From an uncultured Blastocatellaceae bacterium (GTDB lineage: Bacteria; Acidobacteriota; Blastocatellia; Pyrinomonadales; Pyrinomonadaceae): DNA of 29,835 nt. Below are positions 1 to 7,561 of this stretch, one piece after another. Position numbers and translations under genes: made by a program. Position 1 is the first letter of the stretch; every line of letters begins with the position of its first letter. The stretch lies in assembly GCA_964444245.1 (NCBI GenBank), contig CAYUGW010000004.1, positions 1-29,835 of the forward strand, written 5' to 3'. Below the pieces are notes generated by a model, which was not told the DNA's origin, searched no databases, and saw nothing but the letters and a program-made list of their open reading frames with translations.

Positions 1-18
1 GTTTTATCTCGTTTTATA

Positions 19-822
19 TTAAGGAGCAAAGTTAAAAACCAGAACTCCTTCAACCTGTACCGGATTACCGTTTAAAATCGTCGGTTCGAATTTAGCTTGA
101 CGCGCCGCTGTTTCTGCCGAAGCGTAAAACAGTTTGTTTCCGCTGACGGCTTTTGCTTGATTTACGTTTCCTTGTTTATTTACCAAAATCAGGACGCTTA
201 CCATACTTCGTACATTTGCCGCTTTTGCTTTTGCCGGATAGACGGGTTTCGGCAAAAATGTTGTTTTGCCGTTCAAAGCTCCGCCTTTAATTGTCCTTTC
301 GATAATCAAACTATTGTTGTTGATTGCCGAATTTGCTACTTTCGTTAGTATTTCAATGTCATAAACGCTCATACTGACTGAATAAAAATAGCCGTCTTGC
401 TCCCAAAACATCCAGGCATTTCCGCAACTCGAACCGCACGAGCCTTCCTGATAATATCCGGTAATTCCTTGTGCGAGTTTGACGGTTTCATTGAAAAAAG
501 GTTTTTCGGTTTCAGGCGTAATCTTTTCGCCTGAAACTTCGCCGTAATAGAAACTGCCATGACAAATACCGGAATAGCAAAAATAAACCGCGAAACTATC
601 GGGTTTTGGCTCTGCGATAAACACTTTTAGAGATCGCTTTTTGCCTTTTGCCGTCAGATACGACGGAACAAAAAAATAAGTCGGCAATCTGAGTGGCACA
701 GAGGTTTCTTCTTGAAGCGTTTTGACGGCATCATCAAAAGATTTTTTATCAACGATTTGTTGAGCAAAAATCGGCGAAGTTCCGATAAAAATAAGTAGTA
801 AAAATGTTAAAAATTTCATCAT
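19..822 (-). CDS. Exported protein with C-terminal TonB_C (energy transducer TonB-like) domain and Cys-containing N-terminal domain
   Basis: Signal peptide (MMKFLTFLLLIFIGTSPIFA|Q). The C-terminus LPKPVYPAKAKAANVRSMVSVLILVNKQGNVNQAKAVSG...AARQAKFEPTILNGNPVQVEGVLVFNF fits the TonB_C pattern. Confidence 0.8.
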   Translation of the reverse strand: MMKFLTFLLLIFIGTSPIFAQQIVDKKSFDDAVKTLQEETSVPLRLPTYFFVPSYLTAKGKKRSLKVFIAEPKPDSFAVYFCYSGICHGSFYYGEVSGEKITPETEKPFFNETVKLAQGITGYYQEGSCGSSCGNAWMFWEQDGYFYSVSMSVYDIEILTKVANSAINNNSLIIERTIKGGALNGKTTFLPKPVYPAKAKAANVRSMVSVLILVNKQGNVNQAKAVSGNKLFYASAETAARQAKFEPTILNGNPVQVEGVLVFNFAP

Positions 823-826
823 AGAA

Positions 827-1399
827 TTAAGTTGATTTTTTTTGTATCAAATATTTATTTAACTGTTTGATTCTTTCCCGACTCATTTGCAAAACTTCCT
901 TTTCAGGTTGCCATTCTTCGGTTTCAGATTTGCCGTGTCCGTTTGTGCTGTAATCGAAAAGTATTTCATTCTCGAAATAAAACACGCCCGACCAAACCGA
1001 ATTTTTGTCGCCATCCGAATCGGAAAAATGTTGTTCGGTTGCATAAATCAGGCGTTTATTTTTGAAATAATAAAACTCCTCCGATGAAAATTTTTCGATT
1101 TGATAGTGAACGACAAGGACTTCAATATCTTTTTCATTCATCAAGTATGAAAATTTTCTGATCAAGAATTCGCCTTTCTTTATCCCGTAATTAGATTCTT
1201 CGGGCAAAAATTTCCGGTTTTTCCGCTTCACTTTAACGGTGAAAACTTTTTTGGATTTTTCAAAAGTCTGGTCTGTCCGGCGGACAAAATCAGCTATCGC
1301 AAGTTTGTTTTGTTCAATAGTTTGCGCCGCGCTTAAGGCGGGAAGAAACAGAACATTCAAGAGTGCAATCGAAACCGGAAATAATAAAACGCGTTTCAT
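827..1399 (-). CDS. Secreted hypothetical protein
   Basis: Start moved from 1420 to 1399 (MKRVLLF) because GGAG lies 7 nt upstream and a signal peptide (…ALSA|AQ) follows. No family recognised. Confidence 0.75.
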   Translation of the reverse strand: MKRVLLFPVSIALLNVLFLPALSAAQTIEQNKLAIADFVRRTDQTFEKSKKVFTVKVKRKNRKFLPEESNYGIKKGEFLIRKFSYLMNEKDIEVLVVHYQIEKFSSEEFYYFKNKRLIYATEQHFSDSDGDKNSVWSGVFYFENEILFDYSTNGHGKSETEEWQPEKEVLQMSRERIKQLNKYLIQKKST

Positions 1400-1416
1400 A
1401 ATCTTTCTCCTGTTTT

Positions 1417-2862
1417 TCAAAGGTCTTCGGGCATCCGCAAAGGCGGCATATCGCTTACGCCGAGGATGCGCCCGATAAACAACAAAATTTTATATTCCTC
1501 GATGGTTGTCGGTTCGACGGCGACATCGTTCGATTTATAGCCGTGCATACCGCAGCAAACCGAGCCGTTAATCACCGCCGGATCGTGCGTGATGATCGAA
1601 ATTTTCGTGCGTTTGTCGTCCAAAGCGGTCAGATGCAGTTGAAATTTGGCGCGATACCTCAAAGGCTTGCCGCCGCCGAAATAAACCGCCGATGGTCCGA
1701 TTACTTCTCCGTGAGAATGCAGATACAGATCATTTGTATTTTCGGGATTTTCAAATATGTCTTTTGATAACAAAGTCTTCTCCCGGCTTCCGACAAAGAA
1801 TCGAAAAGAAGATTTTTTAGGATTGAATGAAGAATAAAATTCCTGCATAAGATCATAATCCGCAAAAGCCGTGAGGAGTTTTTCCCTAACATCCGAAACC
1901 GGATGGGCAAACTCATAAACGGTCGGATTCTTTTGGCTTAAAGGTTTTGTTTCTATAGGATGAACTTTTTCAGGCGGGGTAAATAAGCCGGAAACTAAAA
2001 CTATCTGAAACTCTCTGCTGATAGTGGATTTGATAATATAAGAATTCCCGTTTTGAAGAAAACGCAGATAGGCGACATCTTCGGTATTCTCTTCGGTCAT
2101 AAAACTATTAAGTCTTTCGCCTTCCTTCAAATTCAATCCCTTCCGCGTCCGAAATTGTAAGATGCCGCTTTCCGACACTTCCAAAACGAGTTCAAAAAGC
2201 CATTTAAATGAATCTTCGCCCGGGCGGCGGAATTGTTCTTCGTGAACTACCGCGCCCAGATAAAGTTTTCTGCCGTCGGGCGAAATTCCGAGAGGTTCTC
2301 CTTGAAACGGCGTTTCCCACCGCCTGATGACTTTTTTCAAGGTTTTATCAACCAATTCGATTTTGCCCGGATGAAAATCTTTCGGGCGCTGCAATCGAAC
2401 AGGTTTGCCGTCTGCAATAACGGTTATTTCTTTGTCCGTTACCTGCGCGGCGGCGATTTTGGTGAAACATCCGTTGCTCGATTTACTTTGTTCAACCGCG
2501 GCAATTTGAAAATTCTTTTTCTCTCCGCCGACCGTTGTTAATTGAACGGCGAACGGCTGAAAAAACTCACCGGCGCGGCGCGGCAATTTTTGTCCGTTCT
2601 CATTCAAAAAACCGCAGACATCGAAGATATAAGTAAAGCCTTTTTGCCCGAGCAGTTTGTTGCCGTAATCTGCCAATTCGCGGGTCGTGATTTCGGGATT
2701 CCGGTTTTTCAACGCCTGCAAATCTTCGATAATCGTTGAAGCGGTAATGCCCGGATATTGAACCGCCGCCGGATCAACGGTTTGCGAACGGACTTTTTGA
2801 TTCGGAGCGACAAAAATGAAACTCAAAATCAAACACGAAACGATAAACTTAAATATCTGCAT
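1417..2862 (-). CDS. Secreted hypothetical protein, apparently two domains
   Basis: 481-aa ORF with AAGGAG RBS and an N-terminal hydrophobic signal; operon-like spacing. Function not recognised. Confidence 0.8.
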   Translation of the reverse strand: MQIFKFIVSCLILSFIFVAPNQKVRSQTVDPAAVQYPGITASTIIEDLQALKNRNPEITTRELADYGNKLLGQKGFTYIFDVCGFLNENGQKLPRRAGEFFQPFAVQLTTVGGEKKNFQIAAVEQSKSSNGCFTKIAAAQVTDKEITVIADGKPVRLQRPKDFHPGKIELVDKTLKKVIRRWETPFQGEPLGISPDGRKLYLGAVVHEEQFRRPGEDSFKWLFELVLEVSESGILQFRTRKGLNLKEGERLNSFMTEENTEDVAYLRFLQNGNSYIIKSTISREFQIVLVSGLFTPPEKVHPIETKPLSQKNPTVYEFAHPVSDVREKLLTAFADYDLMQEFYSSFNPKKSSFRFFVGSREKTLLSKDIFENPENTNDLYLHSHGEVIGPSAVYFGGGKPLRYRAKFQLHLTALDDKRTKISIITHDPAVINGSVCCGMHGYKSNDVAVEPTTIEEYKILLFIGRILGVSDMPPLRMPEDL

Positions 2863-2877
2863 ATTTTTCTCCTTCGG

Positions 2878-3399
2878 TTAAACCGCTTTTACTCCGACAA
2901 TTACGACCTTTTCCGAGCCGGGAAGATACTTTACTTCAACCATTTTTCCCGGCTGATACGACGGGATATGAATTATTGAAATCTCCTGCCGCGCTTTTCC
3001 GGTAAATTTCGTTTGATTGGCGGGATAAACTTCCAGTATAAAATCAATCACCGGTTGGTTATGCCGCCGCATATACGTTTCATTTATGGCAATGATCTTG
3101 GCGTTGGCGGAAAATCCTTCGGCAATAATCTTTTTATTCTCCGCAAAAAGAGAAGACGCGAGCATAAAAGCACCAATAATGCTGGCGAAAATGCCGACCG
3201 GGAAAATAGATATCAGCAAAAATCCGGCTGAGGTGAAAATCGTCTCCAACATTTTTGCATCAGCTCCGATGTATTCGGCGATCACCGCCGTAACTTCCGG
3301 CGATGAAGCGATCAAAACCAACAAAATTCCGCCGAAAATAGAAATTGTTGAAACCAGAAAACCGCTTATTATCAGGATTATCGAAGTTTTTTTTGACAT
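2878..3399 (-). CDS. Membrane protein (2 TM + C-terminal beta domain), paralog of 3414..3917
   Basis: AAGGA RBS, two hydrophobic segments, C-terminal PV.F.LEV.P...HxPSYQPGK.V.VK motif shared with the neighbouring gene. Confidence 0.85.
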   Translation of the reverse strand: MSKKTSIILIISGFLVSTISIFGGILLVLIASSPEVTAVIAEYIGADAKMLETIFTSAGFLLISIFPVGIFASIIGAFMLASSLFAENKKIIAEGFSANAKIIAINETYMRRHNQPVIDFILEVYPANQTKFTGKARQEISIIHIPSYQPGKMVEVKYLPGSEKVVIVGVKAV

Positions 3400-3413
3400 A
3401 TTTTTTCCTTCGG

Positions 3414-3917
3414 TTAAAAGTTTTTCGCGCCGACAATCGCCACCTGGCGGGTTTCGGGAACGAATTTGACGTGAACGATCTTGCCGGGCTGATATGACGG
3501 CAGATGCAGAACGGAAACCGTTTGATTAGCTTCGGCTTGAAAGGCGGGCTGTCCCATCGGCTTAACTTCCAGCACGAAATTAACAACCGGATTATTATTG
3601 ATTCGCGTTCCGGTATCATTGAGCGCAAGAATTCTCGCTTCGGCATCCAATCCGTTATTGACGATTTTCCGGTTTGAAATCCCGCCGACGACCAGCGAAG
3701 CGACAAAAAAGAACGGACTCGCGACCGAAAAAAATATGATCAAACCGATCCAGATGCCGTTTTCCCAAAAGAAATTTTCCGACATATTCTGCGCGGTCGC
3801 CTCGGGACCATTCATCATAATCGAAAGCGGTCCTTTGAACATCAGCACCGCAAACGGAACCCAAACCAGTAAAAAACAAATACTTCCCAATCTTTTCAAA
3901 ACTTTTGATAAATTCAT
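3414..3917 (-). CDS. Membrane protein (2 TM + C-terminal beta domain), paralog of 2878..3399
   Basis: AAGGAG RBS, two hydrophobic segments, same C-terminal motif as the downstream paralog. Confidence 0.85.
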   Translation of the reverse strand: MNLSKVLKRLGSICFLLVWVPFAVLMFKGPLSIMMNGPEATAQNMSENFFWENGIWIGLIIFFSVASPFFFVASLVVGGISNRKIVNNGLDAEARILALNDTGTRINNNPVVNFVLEVKPMGQPAFQAEANQTVSVLHLPSYQPGKIVHVKFVPETRQVAIVGAKNF

Positions 3918-4058
3918 ATTTTTTCTCCTTTTTGTTAATAATTGTAATGTTTACCTTACCGGAAGAATTTAAGCAGGTAAGCATAAGTTTTACGGTTTAT
4001 TAAAATTCGCGAAAAATATTATCAACCTTATATTTGCCGGATTTTAAGTGAATTCCTC

Positions 4059-4090
4059 ACTTTTGCCTTTTTACTTTTTACTTTTGCCTT
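4059..4090. repeat. Heptamer tandem repeat (acttttg/ccttttt/acttttt/acttttg/cctt)
   Basis: About 4.5 degenerate 7-bp units, intergenic, just downstream of 4117..4530. Confidence 0.7.
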
Positions 4091-4116
4091 CCTGCTTACC
4101 TTCCGAATTCGATAAT

Positions 4117-4530
4117 TTACGTGATAATTCCCCAAAAGAATTTATGCCGGTTGGTTCCGAGTCCCGGAGCAATATGCGGAGTACGGCGAAATTGATTAAT
4201 TCCGGTTTGCGGATCGGAAAATATATACGGTGGTCCGACCAGATTTGCCCATCTGAACATAACCCGACTTCCCGCAAAATGTTCGGTTTGACTAAAACCT
4301 ATAACGGCGATAACGCCCATCGAATCATTGCTTCTCAAAAAATTTGCGGCTTGCGGCGCGAGTCTTCTCAGTTCCGTCTGAACCCGCTGATCGAAGGATC
4401 TTCGATTACCGTAATTAAGAGCTTCCTGAACTACGGATGCGCGGGCATCACTCCGGCTTTCGGGCGGAAGATCGCGATTTACTCCTGATAAATGTTCGAT
4501 CGTATTCATTTCTCTCCATCTTATTGCCAT
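4117..4530 (-). CDS. Hypothetical cytoplasmic protein (137 aa)
   Basis: Strong AAGGAG RBS 7 nt before the ATG; same strand as the downstream cluster; no signal peptide or TM segment; no family recognised. Confidence 0.75.
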   Translation of the reverse strand: MAIRWREMNTIEHLSGVNRDLPPESRSDARASVVQEALNYGNRRSFDQRVQTELRRLAPQAANFLRSNDSMGVIAVIGFSQTEHFAGSRVMFRWANLVGPPYIFSDPQTGINQFRRTPHIAPGLGTNRHKFFWGIIT

Positions 4531-4763
4531 ATTTTTTCTCCTTAGTTTTTCTGTTTTATTATTAAATTCTGAAAAAGATTTTCCGGCGTTCGGTCTGAAA
4601 TTATTTCCCGCTCACATCAAATTTGTCGGGAAATAACTCCAAACCCTTTTTGCCAAAACATCAAATTTTTAATTTCACTTGTTGGAGACCGGAAATCTCG
4701 TTTGACGTTTTTTTCATCTTCGCCGTAACGACCTCAAAAAGTCTTTCGGTTTGCGTTTATTTT

Positions 4764-4792
4764 CTGTTAAGAATCCGTTAGTTTTCTGTTAA
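4764..4792 (+). promoter_or_regulatory. Three 11-bp-phased direct repeats (CTGTTA/CCGTTA/CTGTTA), candidate wHTH operator
   Basis: GTTA cores at 4766, 4777 and 4788, just upstream of the ATG at 4802. An 11-bp period is typical of OmpR/PhoB-family boxes. Confidence 0.5.
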
Positions 4793-4801
4793 AATGCCTA
4801 T

Positions 4802-6640
4802 ATGGACGGCAAAATCTATCAATTCGGAGATTATTTTCTCGATATAGCCGAGCAGCGTCTGCAAAAAAACGGTGAAGATATTTCATTGCCGCCGAAGGTT
4901 TTTGAAGTTTTGACCGCGCTTATCAAACGGCACGGGCAATTGGTCAGCTATCAGGAATTGATGGATGAAGTCTGGCACGATACTTTTGTCGAAGAGACGA
5001 ATTTGCGCTATTCGATTCACACTTTGCGAAAAACTTTTGACGAAGATTTTATCGAAACCGTCCCGAAACGCGGTTATCGTTTTAACGCCGAAGTTAAAAC
5101 TTTTACGACCGAAGAATTTATCAAACTTCACACGGGCAATTTTAAAAAAGATGATTTGATGAGATCGGTTGACGAAGAATCTTCCGAAAAACCGAAATCC
5201 GCGTTGGGCAAATACGCGGCAATTGCGGCAATCGCTCTGCTGATGATGAGCATCGGTTTGGCGGCGTATTATTTCTGGCAAAACGGCGAAAACACCCGGG
5301 AAAACAACTCCGCGAAAACCGTCGCGGTTTTACCTTTTAAGCTGATCGGCGCAGATTTGGGACAAAACCGCAATCTGGAAAAAGGTTTGGTCGAATCGCT
5401 CGTTTTCGATTTGAATAAAATCAAAGGTCTCAAAGCAATCAATTCGGCGGACGTTCAAAACACTTCGGAAAAGCCAGCCGATTTAATTTTAGAAGGCAGT
5501 TACCGCTACGAAAGCGAGCGATCGATTCAGGTAAATTTCAGACTTTTTCCGGCAAGCGGCGACGGCGGTGCGGATTTAATGAACGATTCCGTTTTGATAA
5601 AAGATGAAGATAAAAATAAAACCGAAAAAATTATCTCGCTCAGAATCGCCCGCAAGGTTTTCGATAAAACGGCTTCGCTCGCCGATGAAGAATTTCTAAA
5701 AACTCAAAATATCAGTGAAGAAGCCGCCAAAAACTATCTCGTCGGACAGCAGATTCTTCGCAACAATGAATTAAATCGCCAAAAAGAAGGCATCGAAGCA
5801 TTTGAAAAAATAATCAAGCTCGAACCGGATTGGGCAAAAGGTTATGCGAAATTTGCCGAGGCTTCCGTTCTTTTGCACGGCGGGCTGCCCGATTGGGCGC
5901 GGGCAAAAGAATTCGCCGAAAAAGCTCTCGAAAAGGACGAAAATCTGGCGGAAGCGCATCTGGCAATCGGCTGGTATCATCAATCAAATTTTGATTGGGA
6001 ACCGGCGGAAAAATCTTTCGCCAGAGCGATCGAACTGAATCCCGAATACTCGGAAGCGTATAACGAACTCGGTCTTATTCTCGACATTCAGCGAAAATTT
6101 GCCGAAGCCGAAAAGATGTTTCTGAAGGCAATCGAATTAAAACCGTTCAATCCGTTTTATTTTTCGTCGCTTTGCCTGCATTATTACTATGACCGAAAAG
6201 CCGATTTTGCCGTAAAAAAATGCCATGAAGCCGTGAACATCGATGCAAATTATACGGTCGTCTATAAACAACTGTTCTGGATTTATGTTGACCTCGGCGA
6301 TTACCCGGCGGTTTTCAAAAATGAATTCGGCTATTTGACCGAAAGCGAAGTTGAGCGAAGTTTTCTCGGCAAACCGCTGAAAGACGGCAATATCAAACTT
6401 TACTGGCAAAGAAGAATCGAAGACCGCCTGGAAAATCAAAGCCGCAGATACAGCCCGATGGCGATTGCCTCATTTTATGCACAGCTTCAGGACAAGGAAA
6501 ACACTCTGAAATATCTCGAAGAAATGGATGAAGTTTCGCCGACCGACATTTTTTATGTCAATCCCGACCCGATGTATGATCTTGTTCGCAATGAGCCGCG
6601 TTTTATCAATTTGCTGAAAAAGAGAAATCTCCATCCGTAG
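4802..6640 (+). CDS. CadC-like membrane-anchored regulator: Trans_reg_C winged helix + TM + TolB-like domain + TPR repeats
   Basis: N-terminal LPPKVFEVLTALIKRHGQLVSYQELMDEVW...NLRYSIHTLRK...IETVPKRGYRF is Trans_reg_C. TM is YAAIAAIALLMMSIGLAAYYFW, followed by VAVLPF and TPR-like repeats (AEKSFARAIELNPEYSEAY). Confidence 0.92.
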   Translation: MDGKIYQFGDYFLDIAEQRLQKNGEDISLPPKVFEVLTALIKRHGQLVSYQELMDEVWHDTFVEETNLRYSIHTLRKTFDEDFIETVPKRGYRFNAEVKTFTTEEFIKLHTGNFKKDDLMRSVDEESSEKPKSALGKYAAIAAIALLMMSIGLAAYYFWQNGENTRENNSAKTVAVLPFKLIGADLGQNRNLEKGLVESLVFDLNKIKGLKAINSADVQNTSEKPADLILEGSYRYESERSIQVNFRLFPASGDGGADLMNDSVLIKDEDKNKTEKIISLRIARKVFDKTASLADEEFLKTQNISEEAAKNYLVGQQILRNNELNRQKEGIEAFEKIIKLEPDWAKGYAKFAEASVLLHGGLPDWARAKEFAEKALEKDENLAEAHLAIGWYHQSNFDWEPAEKSFARAIELNPEYSEAYNELGLILDIQRKFAEAEKMFLKAIELKPFNPFYFSSLCLHYYYDRKADFAVKKCHEAVNIDANYTVVYKQLFWIYVDLGDYPAVFKNEFGYLTESEVERSFLGKPLKDGNIKLYWQRRIEDRLENQSRRYSPMAIASFYAQLQDKENTLKYLEEMDEVSPTDIFYVNPDPMYDLVRNEPRFINLLKKRNLHP

Positions 6641-6702
6641 TTTGAAGTTCTCAGCGCAATGCTCTAAATGGTCTGTTCAAAATAGTTCAATAAAAGTTTT
6701 CG

Positions 6703-6761
6703 GGCTTCGCCGCCTGATGTGCGGAAAGGCTCAGCCTTTCCGCACATCAGGCGGCGAAGCC
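6703..6761. repeat. REP-like perfect palindrome, 28-bp arms, 3-nt loop
   Basis: GGCTTCGCCGCCTGATGTGCGGAAAGGC-TCA-GCCTTTCCGCACATCAGGCGGCGAAGCC, between convergent genes. Confidence 0.9.
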
Positions 6762-6798
6762 GCGATTATTAAGTACTCCGTAAATTAAATTTTCGAGT

Positions 6799-6874
6799 GT
6801 TTGGAGTCCCGCCTTTAGGCGGCTTTACCGCCGCGCTTCGCTGGCGGATGCCGCCTAAAGGCGGGACTCCAAAC
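6799..6874. repeat. REP-like perfect inverted repeat, 25-bp arms
   Basis: GTTTGGAGTCCCGCCTTTAGGCGGC (6799-6823) and its exact reverse complement (6850-6874). Confidence 0.9.
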
Positions 6875-6958
6875 TTTTTTCAAACGCCTTAAAATTTAAT
6901 TTACGCTCTATTAAGTTTATTTTGAACAGTTCATTGAGAATGTTACTCCGAACAAATA

Positions 6959-7561
6959 TCAAAATTGCCCGCTCGCCTCGAAAACAATATCGGTGCGGTC
7001 TTCGATTAAAGTAAAAGATTGCGTATTATTCGCAAACGTATAACGCTTGTGCTGAACGCTTAAAATATAGAAATCTCCCGCGTCAACATCTTCGAACGTA
7101 AAATTTCCGAATTGATTCGTCCGCGTAATGCGCGGCGCGGTCAGCAATCCGCCGTTTAAGATGACGGTGACATCCTTTATTCCGGTATTTTTGCCGAAAA
7201 CGACGCGACCGCTTATTCGCAAATTTGCCGAGGTCGGCGCGAAGGCTTCGGGTGTCCAGAAACCGCCGATCTGCGAATAATTTCCGCCGGACATCTTTAC
7301 TCCGGCGGCATTTTGTCCGGTTGTTCCTTCGACTTTGTACATCATTAAGGTTATATCCGTACTCGCTCCGCCGCCCGCCGCCGTTACCGTTTGTTCGAGC
7401 GTATATATGCCGCCGGAAGCGACCTGCGCGTTTAATGAAGTTGTTGACAAAAAAACAACAAGCGCGAAAAATGCTATTGATTTAACCGAAAATTTCCACC
7501 GTCGAACTTTAAAAAAATCGCAAATCGCAAATCGTAAATCGCAAATAAACTTATTCGTCAT
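6959..7561 (-). CDS. Secreted protein: Gly-rich 'GG.Y.L...GQ...GGFW' domain + C-terminal carboxypeptidase-regulatory-like domain
   Basis: Signal peptide ending SLNA|Q; ASGGIYTLEQ...GTTGQNAAG...SGGNYSQIGGFW; C-terminal SGRV...TNQFGNFTF..V..G..Y.L.V.HKRYTF. The start overlaps the fibre stop by 11 bp. Confidence 0.85.
   Translation of the reverse strand: MTNKFICDLRFAICDFFKVRRWKFSVKSIAFFALVVFLSTTSLNAQVASGGIYTLEQTVTAAGGGASTDITLMMYKVEGTTGQNAAGVKMSGGNYSQIGGFWTPEAFAPTSANLRISGRVVFGKNTGIKDVTVILNGGLLTAPRITRTNQFGNFTFEDVDAGDFYILSVQHKRYTFANNTQSFTLIEDRTDIVFEASGQF
7515..7546. repeat. Heptamer tandem repeat (AAATCGC)x4.5 inside a signal-peptide n-region
   Basis: aaatcgc aaatcgc aaatcgt aaatcgc aaat, read as ICDLRFAICDF on the minus strand. 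Confidence 0.9.

Larger units (their letters stand above)
6667..6935. mobile_element. Nested MITE-like/REP-like composite (non-autonomous)
   Basis: Outer imperfect IR AATGxxCTGTTCAAAATA (6667-6684 / 6918-6935). Inner IR TAxxxCGTAAATTAAATTTT (6774-6793 / 6891-6910) flanked by a direct TTAAG (6769-6773, 6911-6915). Two GC-rich palindromes inside; no ORF. Confidence 0.65.
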
